In this document: piece by piece, positions 30,613-40,123 of the stretch
Layout of the letters: the number at the start of each line of letters is the position of its first letter
Position numbering within the stretch: position 1 is the stretch's first letter
Assembly (NCBI GenBank): GCA_020356025.1
Contig: CP070630.1
Coordinates: forward strand, 1,729,027 to 1,793,026
Source of the DNA: Dehalococcoidia bacterium
GTDB taxonomy: Bacteria > Chloroflexota > Dehalococcoidia > SM23-28-2
Direction of reading: 5' to 3'
DNA: 64,000 nt
Notes under the pieces: model-generated
Told to the model about the DNA's origin: nothing
The model's input: only the letters and a program-made list of their open reading frames with translations
Databases searched by the model: none
Position numbers and translations under genes: made by a program

Positions 30613-32067
30613 TTAGGCCCCGCCTTCGTCCGCGATGCCCGCCAGCTGCTTGGCCAGGTCGATCTTCTCGGCCAGATTGGCCTGTCGGAACATAGCTATC
30701 CGCTGCGCCTGAGGCGAGCCAGCCCCATGCATGCACTCCACCAGAGCAGAGCAGCTCGTCATGTTCTCGATCAGACGGGCCACTCGAATCCTGGTCTCGG
30801 CAGGGAAGTCAGCGGCGCCCTGGAAGTACTTCTGTACGTACGGCCCCACTACAGGATGTCGCAGGTCTTTCTCCGAGGGCAGAGTGCCCAGGAGGCCGCC
30901 CGCTATGTCATGAGCCAGGCGGCCTATCTCATAAGTGAACCTGGTGGTGTTCAGCTTGACGGTGTTGGCCAGGAGGGGATTCACGTAGCAGCCGCCGGAG
31001 GGCGTCACCTGCCCCTCGGCGGAGCAAGCCAGGGAGCAGTTGAAGAGGGTCTCAGTGAGGTGCACCATCTCCACCAACTTGTCGCGAATGTGGGCGGCCT
31101 CGGCCACCCCATTGCAGCGGGCGATGAGAGCGGCCGCCCCGATGAGCACGTCGGCCACGCCGCCCTTGCATGCCCCGTAGTTCTGGCGGTGATAGGACGA
31201 GAACGTTTCTACCAGAGGCAACGCAAACTCATACTCCCCGCACATGAACACCCGCTCCCAGGGCACGAAGACATCCTCAAACACGATCATCGCCTCGCCG
31301 CCCACAAAGCCGAAGCGAGCGTTGCCCTGGTCTATCTCCCCTCCTAATTTCCGCTCATCGTTGGTCTGCCGCCCGAAGATGAATGTCAGCCCCGGCGTAT
31401 CAGCGGGCACAGCGAAAGAGACGGCATAATCGCCGTCTTGCTCCCGCATGGCAGTGGTGGGCATAACCACTAGCTCATGGGAGTTGATGCCGCCCGTCTG
31501 GTGCTGCTTGGCCCCGCGCACGACGATCCCGTCCTTCCGGCGCTCCACCACCCGCAGGTAGACGTCTGGATCCTCCTGCTCGCTGGGGCGCAGGGCACGG
31601 TTGCCTTTGGCGTCGGTCATCGCCCCATCGCACATGACATCGGTTTCCTGAACGTAGGCCACGAAGTCTCGCAGACGGCTGTGATATTCGGTGCCATGCT
31701 CTTGATCAATCAGGTAGCTGACGATGTAGATGGCGTTCAAGGCATCGAAGCCCACACACCTCTGGAAGCAGGCGCCCGTCTGCTGTCCTAGAAGCCTCAG
31801 CATTTTCACCTTGCGCACCAGGTCATCAGGGCTCTGGTGGATATGGTTGAAGCGGTTGATTCTCCTTCCGCTGAGATGCGACGTGGCGCTGACAAGCTCC
31901 TCGTGGCGGGGATCATGGGCGAGCTCATAGGTCATGGCCGCCGCGTTTACGTGCGGCCTGGTCAGCGGATGGTCCACCACGTCCTCGATCTTCTCTCCGA
32001 AGGCATAGACCGCGCGCCTCAGCTTGCGCAGGCTTTCCCGGTATTCGTCTGCCGTCATCATCGCCAC
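30613..32067 (-). CDS. abfD: 4-hydroxybutyryl-CoA dehydratase (HpaB/AbfD family)
   Basis: CFQRCVG and YHRQNYGACKGG give the three Cys plus His Fe-S ligands; AMTDAKGNR; HGAGSPQAQR. Confidence 0.82.
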   Translation of the reverse strand: MAMMTADEYRESLRKLRRAVYAFGEKIEDVVDHPLTRPHVNAAAMTYELAHDPRHEELVSATSHLSGRRINRFNHIHQSPDDLVRKVKMLRLLGQQTGACFQRCVGFDALNAIYIVSYLIDQEHGTEYHSRLRDFVAYVQETDVMCDGAMTDAKGNRALRPSEQEDPDVYLRVVERRKDGIVVRGAKQHQTGGINSHELVVMPTTAMREQDGDYAVSFAVPADTPGLTFIFGRQTNDERKLGGEIDQGNARFGFVGGEAMIVFEDVFVPWERVFMCGEYEFALPLVETFSSYHRQNYGACKGGVADVLIGAAALIARCNGVAEAAHIRDKLVEMVHLTETLFNCSLACSAEGQVTPSGGCYVNPLLANTVKLNTTRFTYEIGRLAHDIAGGLLGTLPSEKDLRHPVVGPYVQKYFQGAADFPAETRIRVARLIENMTSCSALVECMHGAGSPQAQRIAMFRQANLAEKIDLAKQLAGIADEGGA

Positions 32068-32268
32068 ACCTCTCAGTCTGATGCCTATCTCGCGCTGCGA
32101 CCTCTGCCTCCGGCTTGTACTCTCTCACTTCATTCTAATCCCCGAAACTTAAGCTATGTCAAACGAGAGCCTTCTTGACAACGGAGCCTTGGTCAGAGAC
32201 GATCTCGCCAGTGTTGCCAGCCTGGCTCACCCGATCGGCATCGATGCCACCAGTGGAGACCGCAAACG

Positions 32269-33510
32269 ATGAGCAAGATAGCATCCGCCCTCAGACAATT
32301 GCCCCTGCTGCGCGTAGCTTTGCCGATCATCACGGCTTTTGCCCTGGCAGCCCTACTAGCGCTTGGCTGCGGCGGCGGACAAGACGAGGGCCCATCTGTC
32401 ACCGCCACCATCAGCCCCACCACTCCCGTTGCCACCGCCACCCCCGTTGCCACCGCCGTCCCCACTGTTGCCCCCCAGGATCTGACCGAACGCGGCCCCT
32501 TCGCGGTGGGCGTGTCAACCCTGACTCTCGTGGACAAGTCGCGGCCCACCGACGCCAACGGCTCCTATCCCGGCGCCGACACCCGCACTCTGGTCACCGA
32601 GGTGTGGTACCCGGCGGAGGGCAGAACGCAGCCGGTTGAGATTCGCGATGCCCCTCTGGACTCTTCGCAGGCACCCTACCCTCTGATCGTCTTCAGCCAT
32701 GGCTACACGGGCGTCCGCCGACAGTCGGTTTCCTCCACAACTCATCTGGCCAGTCACGGCTATATCGTCATCTCGCCTGACTACCCGCTGAGCAACGGCT
32801 CAGCACCCGGCGGCCCAAGGTCGGGCGATGTCCTCAACCAGCCCGGTGACGTGAGCTTCCTGATCGATAGCTTCCTGAGTTTCGCCGATGAGCCGGGCAA
32901 TCAATTCGAGGGCGCCATAGACGAAACAGCCATCGGCCTCACTGGTCACTCCCTGGGCGGACTGACGACGATACTGGCCACTTTCGGCCCCCTGGCCGAC
33001 CCCCGCGTCGAAGCGGCCCTGCCTCTTGCCGCACCGGCGTGTTTGGTCGGCAGCCGCACCTACGAGGACTCTGACACCCCTCTTCTCGTCGTCGGCGGCA
33101 GCGATGACCAGTTGGTGGCCTTCGAGAGCGTTCGTCAGGCTTACGACGCCGCCAGCCCACCGAAGTACCTGCTGACGCTTCTGGGCGGCAACCACTTGCG
33201 GTTTGCCGACGCCGATTTGGAGGACTTTCCCCCAGGCACACTGGCGAGCGCTGGCGGAGAGACCTTCCTCAAGGATGGCGCACGAATCATGCAAGCGACT
33301 CGTGCCGACCCCGCCGCTTGCCCGGAGGCTGAAGCCTCTACCCAGGATCTGCCCGGAGAGCGTCAGCGCGAGCTAGTCCGCCTCTTCGGTACCGCCTTCT
33401 TCGACTACTATCTGAAGGGAGACGAAGGCACCAGCCACGTCCTGACCACAGAGTTCGCCCAGACCATCCCCGAAGCGGAACTGGATCTCGAGCAGGCCCC
33501 CACCGAGTGA
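32269..33510 (+). CDS. Alpha/beta-hydrolase lipoprotein (PAF-acetylhydrolase/dienelactone hydrolase-like)
   Basis: Lipobox ALGC, PT linker, PLIVFSHG, GHSLGG, G..DDQ and GGNH motifs. Confidence 0.85.
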   Translation: MSKIASALRQLPLLRVALPIITAFALAALLALGCGGGQDEGPSVTATISPTTPVATATPVATAVPTVAPQDLTERGPFAVGVSTLTLVDKSRPTDANGSYPGADTRTLVTEVWYPAEGRTQPVEIRDAPLDSSQAPYPLIVFSHGYTGVRRQSVSSTTHLASHGYIVISPDYPLSNGSAPGGPRSGDVLNQPGDVSFLIDSFLSFADEPGNQFEGAIDETAIGLTGHSLGGLTTILATFGPLADPRVEAALPLAAPACLVGSRTYEDSDTPLLVVGGSDDQLVAFESVRQAYDAASPPKYLLTLLGGNHLRFADADLEDFPPGTLASAGGETFLKDGARIMQATRADPAACPEAEASTQDLPGERQRELVRLFGTAFFDYYLKGDEGTSHVLTTEFAQTIPEAELDLEQAPTE

Positions 33511-33535
33511 CAACGGCCGTCGCTTTCCCTCCCCA

Positions 33536-34423
33536 CTACTGCACTTGGACGCCGGCCAGCTTCTCCAGGGCTTTCACCAGGCTCTGGATGCCCTCGCCGC
33601 CCAGGCCATCGGCCTCCACGGCGGCGAATAGCTGGTGCACCAGACCCGTGCCCGGCAGCGGCAGCGATCGCTTGTCCGCCTCCTCCAGCGCCAGCCGCAG
33701 GTCCTTCTGCTGGTGGGCTACCTTGAAGCCGGGAGCAAAGTCGCGCTCCACCACCTTGGGCGCCAGGTTCTGAATCGCCCAGGAAGTGCAGGCACCCCCG
33801 CTCACCGCCTCGATCATCGTCCTCGGATTCACCCCCGCTTTGGCGGCGAAGACGAGCGCCTCGCACATGGCCAGGTTGTTCAGCCCGCCGACGATCTGGT
33901 TGCATAGCTTGACCGTCTGGCCAGCGCCGCTGGGCCCGCAGTAGGTGATCGTACGACCCATCGCCTCCAGGATGGGACGACAGCGCGCCAGCGTCGCCTC
34001 TGATCCGCCCACCATGATCGAGAGTGTCCCAGCGATGGCGCCCTTGTCGCCGCCGCTGACCGGCGCATCGAGCATCTCGACGCCGGCTTCGCCCAACCGC
34101 TCGGCGATGCGGCGGGTCACCTCCGGCGAGATGGTGGACATGTCGATCATAACCAGCCCTGGCCGCCCCGCCTCGATGATACCGTCGGGGCCGAGGGCCA
34201 CCTGCTCTACGTCCGCCGAGTCGGATACCATGGTTATGACAACGTCGGAGCGCTCAGCCACCTCTCGCGAGCAGGAGGCGTCGGCCGCTCCCGCCCCCAC
34301 CAGTTCGTCGATCCCTGGCCGGCTGCGATTCCACACCGTGAGGAGATAGCCGGCCTTCAGGAGATTACGCGCCATCGGCCGCCCCATGATGCCCAGACCA
34401 ATGAAACCGATGCGTTCTGTCAT
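33536..34423 (-). CDS. Beta-hydroxyacid dehydrogenase (GarR/MmsB family)
   Basis: IGFIGLGIMG, DAPVSGG, GQTVKLCNQ and KDL motifs. Confidence 0.92.
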   Translation of the reverse strand: MTERIGFIGLGIMGRPMARNLLKAGYLLTVWNRSRPGIDELVGAGAADASCSREVAERSDVVITMVSDSADVEQVALGPDGIIEAGRPGLVMIDMSTISPEVTRRIAERLGEAGVEMLDAPVSGGDKGAIAGTLSIMVGGSEATLARCRPILEAMGRTITYCGPSGAGQTVKLCNQIVGGLNNLAMCEALVFAAKAGVNPRTMIEAVSGGACTSWAIQNLAPKVVERDFAPGFKVAHQQKDLRLALEEADKRSLPLPGTGLVHQLFAAVEADGLGGEGIQSLVKALEKLAGVQVQ

Positions 34424-34485
34424 GGCTTCCTCCTGCAGACGTCAGCTCTGAGAGTGGCCGTAGGTAGCCCTTACCAGCACCGGCC

Positions 34486-35316
34486 CTAGTGCATCACTAT
34501 CCCGCCGTCGACGTTGATGGCCTGGCCGGTCATGTAGTCCGACTGGTCGGAGGCCAGGAAGGCCACCAGGTTGGCTACGTCGTCGGTCGTCTCCAGCTTG
34601 CCCAGGGGGATCTTCTCGATCTCCTCATTGACGATCTCGTCGTAGGACACGCCCCGGAAGTTCGCCTCCAGCTCCCAGCCCCATCGCTGAAGCTCGGTGT
34701 CTACCTGTCCCGGGCAGACGGCGTTCACCTGGATCCCGCTCGCCGCCAGCTCGAAAGCCAGGACCCTCGTCAAGCCCAGAACGGCCGCCTTGGCCGCGCA
34801 GTAGGCCGCCAGCGCCGGAGCACGCCCCTTGCCGGCGATGGAGGAGATGTTGATGATCTTCCCCCCTTCCCGGCGGGCGATCATCGTCCGCGCCACCCGC
34901 TGCGAGCAGAGGAATGTCCCTGTGGCGTTGATGGCCAGTGTTTTGTTCCAGGCCGCCTCCTCAATCCACAGCACGGGCATCGGGCCCACGACGCCACCGG
35001 CGTTGTTCACCAGAATGTCGATGTGGCCGAAGGCGTCCATGGTCTGGGCCACCATCTCGTCCACCGCCTGGCTGTCCGTCACGTCCACCTTCAGCGGCAG
35101 TCCGCGCACGCCCAGCGCGCTGATTTCGTCAGCCGTGCTCTTCAGGCCATCCCACATGCCCAGGCCGTAGTCCGGGAACTCCTCGAACTCACGGCAGATG
35201 TCGGCCACCGCCACGTCGGCCCCCTCCCGCGCCAGCCTGAGCGCTATGGCCCGACCGATGCCCAGCTTGCGGCCGGCCCCCGTAACGATAGCTACCTTTC
35301 CCTTCAGGTCATACAT
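34486..35316 (-). CDS. SDR family NAD(P)-dependent oxidoreductase
   Basis: TGAG..GIG, NNAG, YCAAK and VNAVCPG motifs. Confidence 0.92.
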   Translation of the reverse strand: MYDLKGKVAIVTGAGRKLGIGRAIALRLAREGADVAVADICREFEEFPDYGLGMWDGLKSTADEISALGVRGLPLKVDVTDSQAVDEMVAQTMDAFGHIDILVNNAGGVVGPMPVLWIEEAAWNKTLAINATGTFLCSQRVARTMIARREGGKIINISSIAGKGRAPALAAYCAAKAAVLGLTRVLAFELAASGIQVNAVCPGQVDTELQRWGWELEANFRGVSYDEIVNEEIEKIPLGKLETTDDVANLVAFLASDQSDYMTGQAINVDGGIVMH

Positions 35317-35360
35317 CCTCGCACCCCCATTGCACTCGAAGAAGCCACAGTATCGTTGCG

Positions 35361-35427
35361 ACTATAGGAAGGAACCCGCCGCCAGTCAAGCGCCTTGGTT
35401 GACACTCCTTCCTGCCTGATACATGAT
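35361..35427. promoter_or_regulatory. Back-to-back divergent sigma70-type promoters
   Basis: Minus: TTGACT-N17-TATAGT (35361-35389); plus: TTGACA-N17-CATGAT (35399-35427). Confidence 0.55.
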
Positions 35428-35433
35428 TTGACC

Positions 35434-36432
35434 GTGCCAGATGAATCACGCCCCGATCCCGTGCTCAGAGCCGTGGGCAGTTGGCAGCCGGCGCGAGTGC
35501 TGATGACGGCCAACCGGCTGGGGGTCTTCGCTGTCCTCGGCGAGGAGGCTCTGCCCGCCGAGGAGGTTGCCCAGAGGTGTCAGGCCCACCCCCGCTCCAC
35601 CGCCCTTCTCCTTAACGCCTGCGTGGCCCTCGGCTTCCTGCGCAAGGACGGCGACCGCTACGCCAACTCGCCCGAAGCGCTGGAGACCCTCATCCCGGGC
35701 AAGCCGACCTACATTGGCGATCGCATCAAGCACGACGAGTGGCTGTACGACATCTGGGCACACTTGGAGCGGGCGGTCCGCACCAACCGGCCCGTTCGCG
35801 ATCTGGCCCAGCCACGCTCTGGAGCCGAGACTTGGAGGGAGTTCTCGCTGGCCATGCACAATCTGGCGATGCGCACCGGCCCCCTCCTGGCAGATACCCT
35901 TGACTTGTCCGGCAGGCGCCAGCTATTGGATTGCGGCGGCGGGGTCGGCACCCACGCCATGTTCCTGGTGCAACGATACCCTGGCCTGCGGGCAATCGTC
36001 TTCGATCTCCCGGAGACCATCGAGCTGGCCAAGGAAATCATCGAGCAGTCAGGTCTAGCGGATAGAATCACCGCCCGCGGCGGCAACTACTTCGCGGACG
36101 ACCTCGGCCAGAGTCACGATGTGGTGCTCCTATCGTCGGTTCTCCACTCGATGCCGCCGGAGGCTTGCCGCGCACTCCTGGAGAAGTGCCACCGCTCGCT
36201 TGTCAGCGGCGGCTGGATCGTCGTGCACGAGATCCTCATCGACCCCGATGGCACATCTCCGCCGCGAGCCGCCCTCTTCTCACTCAACATGCTGGTGAAC
36301 ACGGGTGAGGGGCGCTCCTACTCAGGGGAAGAGATCATGCGCCTCATGAAAGAGACTGGTTTCGCACCTCTGGAGGTCAAGGCGTTGCCGTCGCCCGCCT
36401 ACACCTCTTTGGTCATTGGCGAAAAGCCCTAG
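35434..36432 (+). CDS. O-methyltransferase (dimerisation domain plus SAM domain)
   Basis: TA.RLGVF..L N-terminal wHTH; LLDCGGG.G, VFDLP and SSVLH motifs; start uncertain. Confidence 0.85.
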   Translation: MPDESRPDPVLRAVGSWQPARVLMTANRLGVFAVLGEEALPAEEVAQRCQAHPRSTALLLNACVALGFLRKDGDRYANSPEALETLIPGKPTYIGDRIKHDEWLYDIWAHLERAVRTNRPVRDLAQPRSGAETWREFSLAMHNLAMRTGPLLADTLDLSGRRQLLDCGGGVGTHAMFLVQRYPGLRAIVFDLPETIELAKEIIEQSGLADRITARGGNYFADDLGQSHDVVLLSSVLHSMPPEACRALLEKCHRSLVSGGWIVVHEILIDPDGTSPPRAALFSLNMLVNTGEGRSYSGEEIMRLMKETGFAPLEVKALPSPAYTSLVIGEKP

Positions 36433-36452
36433 GCCATACGCCCAGCGCCACG

Positions 36453-37370
36453 CTACTCGACGAAGCCGTTCTCCCGCAGCCACTCCCCGGCCACGTCGTC
36501 CGGATCCTCCTTGTCCACCTGCACCTTCATGTTCAGACCCGTGAGACCCTCCGTGGTGATCTTGGCCGACACGCTGTTCAGCACGTTCACCAGGTCCTCG
36601 TCGTACGCGTCCAGAACGTCCATCCGGATGGCCGGCGATATGTTTTCGGCAGGCTGAAGCCCCTTGTCGTCCTCCAGCAGCACGAAGCCCTTGGCAGCAA
36701 TCTGAGCATCGGTGCTGAACAGCAGCGCAAGGTCGATCGCGCCCTCCTCCAGGGCGGTCACTCGCGGGCCGAAGTCGAGCGGAGTGAACTCCCCGAACTC
36801 GATGCCGTACACTTCCTCGAGCCCGATAAGGCAGAACTGGCGCTCCGGGCACTCAGGCGGGCCCGCGAAGTGGAGCTCTGACGCCACAGGCTCCAGGTCG
36901 CTCACCTTCTCCAGATCGTACTTGTCGGCCGTCTCCTTGCTCGCGACGATGGCGTTCGTGTCCTGGGCAGGGGCAATGTCCAGCAGCGTGACGCCTGAGG
37001 CCTCGAACAGTGCCTTAGCCTCGGCCTGATTCTCCGCCCCGTCCGAAGTTGGCTCGCCGCCCAGGAAAGTCAACAACGTCCCCACATATTCCGGGACGAG
37101 ATCGAGCTCCCCGGCCTCAAGCGCCGGCTTGATGATCTCCCTCGGGCTGCCGGGCAGGATGTTACCAGTGCTCACTGAGTAGCCCTCGGCCTCAAGCGCC
37201 TGGGCGTAAATGTTGGCCAGGATGTGGCTCTCACTGAAGTCGAAGGCGCCCACACGGATGGTAGGCCCTTCCCTTCCACCGTCCTCGCCGTCGTCACCAC
37301 AAGCGACAGCGACGAGAGCCATCGAGAATAGGGCTGCCAGGATGGCCAACGCGCGCAGTACTTTCTGCAT
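36453..37370 (-). CDS. Glycine betaine/osmoprotectant ABC substrate-binding lipoprotein (OsmF/OpuAC-like)
   Basis: Lipobox AVAC; FSESHILA.IY, PEYVGT, ECPER.FC..GL..VYG and LEDDK.LQPAEN motifs. Confidence 0.88.
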   Translation of the reverse strand: MQKVLRALAILAALFSMALVAVACGDDGEDGGREGPTIRVGAFDFSESHILANIYAQALEAEGYSVSTGNILPGSPREIIKPALEAGELDLVPEYVGTLLTFLGGEPTSDGAENQAEAKALFEASGVTLLDIAPAQDTNAIVASKETADKYDLEKVSDLEPVASELHFAGPPECPERQFCLIGLEEVYGIEFGEFTPLDFGPRVTALEEGAIDLALLFSTDAQIAAKGFVLLEDDKGLQPAENISPAIRMDVLDAYDEDLVNVLNSVSAKITTEGLTGLNMKVQVDKEDPDDVAGEWLRENGFVE

Positions 37371-37435
37371 CGGTCGTGCCCCTCCTTTCCGGATCGGCTC
37401 TGTTCCTTCTTCGGGCAATTCCCAACGTCGTCCGT

Positions 37436-38149
37436 TCATGCCGGACGCTCCATTCTCGCAGGCGGACGGTGGCCGCGCAACCCGCCAGCTGCAAACAGAA
37501 TCCGCTCCGTTACGCCGAATGCGACGTCTGTCAAGATAGCCAAAGCGGCCACGAGGAGCGCCCCAGCGAACACCCGCACGTTGTCCTGGACCGAGAACCC
37601 GTCGATGATGTAGCGTCCCAGGCCACCCCAGCCCACGAGCGCCCCCAGCGTCGCAGTCGCGACCACCTGCACGGCAGCCACCCGGATACCCGTGAGTATC
37701 AGAGGCCCTCCCAGCGGCAGTTCTATGCCGAGCAGCACCTCTCGTTCCCGCATCCCCATCCCGCGCGCTGCCTCCACCACCTCAGCGCCCACGCTTCGCA
37801 CCGCCGTGAAGGAGTTTGTGAAGATTGGCGGAAGAGCGAGAAGGACCAGCGCCAGGAACGTGGGCCAGAAGCCGATGCCCAAACCCGCCCGAATAGAGAA
37901 TGGCAGCGCCAGCGCTATGATGGCGAAGGACGGGATTGCCCGCCCGATGTTCACCACCGACACCGCGATCAAGCCGCCCCGGCCGCTGTGCCCCAGGAGC
38001 ACGCCCGAAGGCACGGCCACGGCTGCAGCCACCGCGGTCGCCATGGCTGAAAGCCGCATGTGCTCCAGCGTTCGGTTGGGAATACCTGTCGACCCCTGCC
38101 AGTTGTCCGGGTCAATGAACCAGGCGAGCACATCGGCGAGTAGATCCAT
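37436..38149 (-). CDS. Osmoprotectant ABC permease
   Basis: EAARGMGM...IELPL EAA loop; GGLG.YI..G. Confidence 0.9.
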   Translation of the reverse strand: MDLLADVLAWFIDPDNWQGSTGIPNRTLEHMRLSAMATAVAAAVAVPSGVLLGHSGRGGLIAVSVVNIGRAIPSFAIIALALPFSIRAGLGIGFWPTFLALVLLALPPIFTNSFTAVRSVGAEVVEAARGMGMREREVLLGIELPLGGPLILTGIRVAAVQVVATATLGALVGWGGLGRYIIDGFSVQDNVRVFAGALLVAALAILTDVAFGVTERILFAAGGLRGHRPPARMERPA

Positions 38150-38829
38150 CAGCTCACCGTCCTTGCTCGCGACCAGGGCGAGAGCAGCCGCTCCAAGCCC
38201 GCCAACGTCACGTCGATAACGACGGCCAGCGCCACCGAGAGCACTGACCCGACGATGAGCGGCGTATAGAAGTCACGCCGCAGCCCGTCCAGAATGAACA
38301 GCCCCAGGCCGCCCTGCCCGATGATCGAGGTGACGGTGACAAGACCAACCACCGTGACGGTGGCGATACGTAAGCCCGCTACGATGACCGGAAGGGCCAG
38401 CGGCAACTCGATCTCCACGAAAAGGCGCGCACGGCTGTAGCCCATCCCGACCGCCGCCTCCCGGACCGCCGGCGACACGCCGTCGATGCCGGCCACGATA
38501 TTGCGCACCAGGATGAGGAGCGTATAGCTCACCAGCCCGATCTCAGCCGTGAGCGTGCTCAGGCCCGTATAGGGAACCAGGAAAGCAAACAGCGCTAAGC
38601 TCGGAATAGTGTAGAGGACGCCCGTCACCCAGGTGACGGGACCGTAAGTACGCCGGAACCGCAGGGCCACTATCGAAAGCCCCATGGCTATGGCGAACCC
38701 TATGCCTACGGCGATGCCCGTGAGGATGAAATGTTCGACCGTTTGAGTGCGGATCTCGTCCAAGTGGTCCCATATCCAACCCCAGCGGATGAGGGGCTCA
38801 GTGGCGAGAAACGTACGCTGTGGCATCAC
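38149..38829 (-). CDS. Osmoprotectant ABC permease
   Basis: YTIPSLA and EAAVGMG...IELPLA motifs. Confidence 0.9.
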   Translation of the reverse strand: MMPQRTFLATEPLIRWGWIWDHLDEIRTQTVEHFILTGIAVGIGFAIAMGLSIVALRFRRTYGPVTWVTGVLYTIPSLALFAFLVPYTGLSTLTAEIGLVSYTLLILVRNIVAGIDGVSPAVREAAVGMGYSRARLFVEIELPLALPVIVAGLRIATVTVVGLVTVTSIIGQGGLGLFILDGLRRDFYTPLIVGSVLSVALAVVIDVTLAGLERLLSPWSRARTVS

Positions 38830-39929
38830 GGGACAAGGTTCTCCGAGATGCGGTTGAGGGTGAGCATGCCAGCGTAACGCTCGCCGTCGTAGACCACCGC
38901 CACCTGGTTATGAGAGGTCACGATAGCATCCAGCGCCTCCCGCAACGTGTTGTCTGCGGTTACGCGCACCAAGAACGGCCGGCCGGCAAGGTCGCCCATC
39001 TTTCGCCCTGGCTCAAGCTCAGACTCCCACACCCATCCCTGCAGTTTCCCATCGCGAACGATTGCCACCCAGTTCACGCCCTCGCGCGCCATCACCTCCT
39101 TCGCCTCGGCAGAGCCGGCGTCTGACGACACCGTCGGCCCGTCCTCCAGCGACACGTCTCGAACAGCAATCAGAGAAAGCCGCCGCAGCCCTCGTTCCTG
39201 GCCGAGGAACTCCTCAACGAAAGCGTTGGCTGGTTCCCTCAGCACTTCTTCGGGCGACGCGTATTGTCGCAACGCGCCACCCACGTCCAGGATGGCAACC
39301 TGATCGCCAAGTTTGATCGCCTCGTCTATGTCGTGGGTCACGAAGACGATCGTCTTCTGAAGCTGCGCTTGCAGCGAGCGCAGCTCCTCCTGCAGACGCA
39401 CCCGAACGATCGGGTCCACCGCCGCGAAAGGCTCGTCCATCAGCAGCACCGGCGGGTCCGCCGCCAGCGCCCGGGCTACCCCCACCCGCTGCTGCTGGCC
39501 ACCGGAGAGCTCGGCGGGGTAGCGGTCGTACATCTCCGACTCCAATCCAACCATCTCAACCAGCTCGTCGACGCGCTTCCTCGTGCGACGCCGATCCCAT
39601 CCCAGCAGTTTGGGCACAGTGGCGATGTTCTCGGCCACCGTGCGGTGAGGAAAGAGTCCCACCTGCTGGATGACATAGCCGATGCCTCGGCGCAGCGCAT
39701 GGGGATCCATCCCCTGGATGTCGCGGCCTCCCACCTCGATCCGCCCGGAGGTGGGCTCGATGATCCGATTGATCATCTTGAGGATCGTCGTCTTCCCACA
39801 ACCTGATGGCCCGACGAGAGCCGTCACCTGCCCCGCGGACATCTCCATAGAGAGATCCTCCACCGCGGGAGCGGATGCGCCGGCATACCGCTTGGTGACG
39901 TGATCGAGTCGAATGCTCGCTTCGCTCAT
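38826..39929 (-). CDS. Osmoprotectant ABC ATP-binding protein with CBS pair
   Basis: [23 protein letters not shown] and VTHD motifs; C-terminal CBS-like domains. Confidence 0.92.
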   Translation of the reverse strand: MSEASIRLDHVTKRYAGASAPAVEDLSMEMSAGQVTALVGPSGCGKTTILKMINRIIEPTSGRIEVGGRDIQGMDPHALRRGIGYVIQQVGLFPHRTVAENIATVPKLLGWDRRRTRKRVDELVEMVGLESEMYDRYPAELSGGQQQRVGVARALAADPPVLLMDEPFAAVDPIVRVRLQEELRSLQAQLQKTIVFVTHDIDEAIKLGDQVAILDVGGALRQYASPEEVLREPANAFVEEFLGQERGLRRLSLIAVRDVSLEDGPTVSSDAGSAEAKEVMAREGVNWVAIVRDGKLQGWVWESELEPGRKMGDLAGRPFLVRVTADNTLREALDAIVTSHNQVAVVYDGERYAGMLTLNRISENLVP

Positions 39930-40123
39930 CTGGCTGTCCCGGCGTGCCGACGTGGCAAGTCGGCACCATCGCTCACTTAAGCTAAGCCCCAGTATGCCAG
40001 GTCTGACCGTCGACGACCAGGGCGTGAGCGCCTATCTGATCGAAGTGATATAATTCAGCGCGGCGGCGGTCGGCCTCGCTACCATGCAAGTGGCGAGACC
40101 GCCGCCTCAGACAAGGCTAGTCG

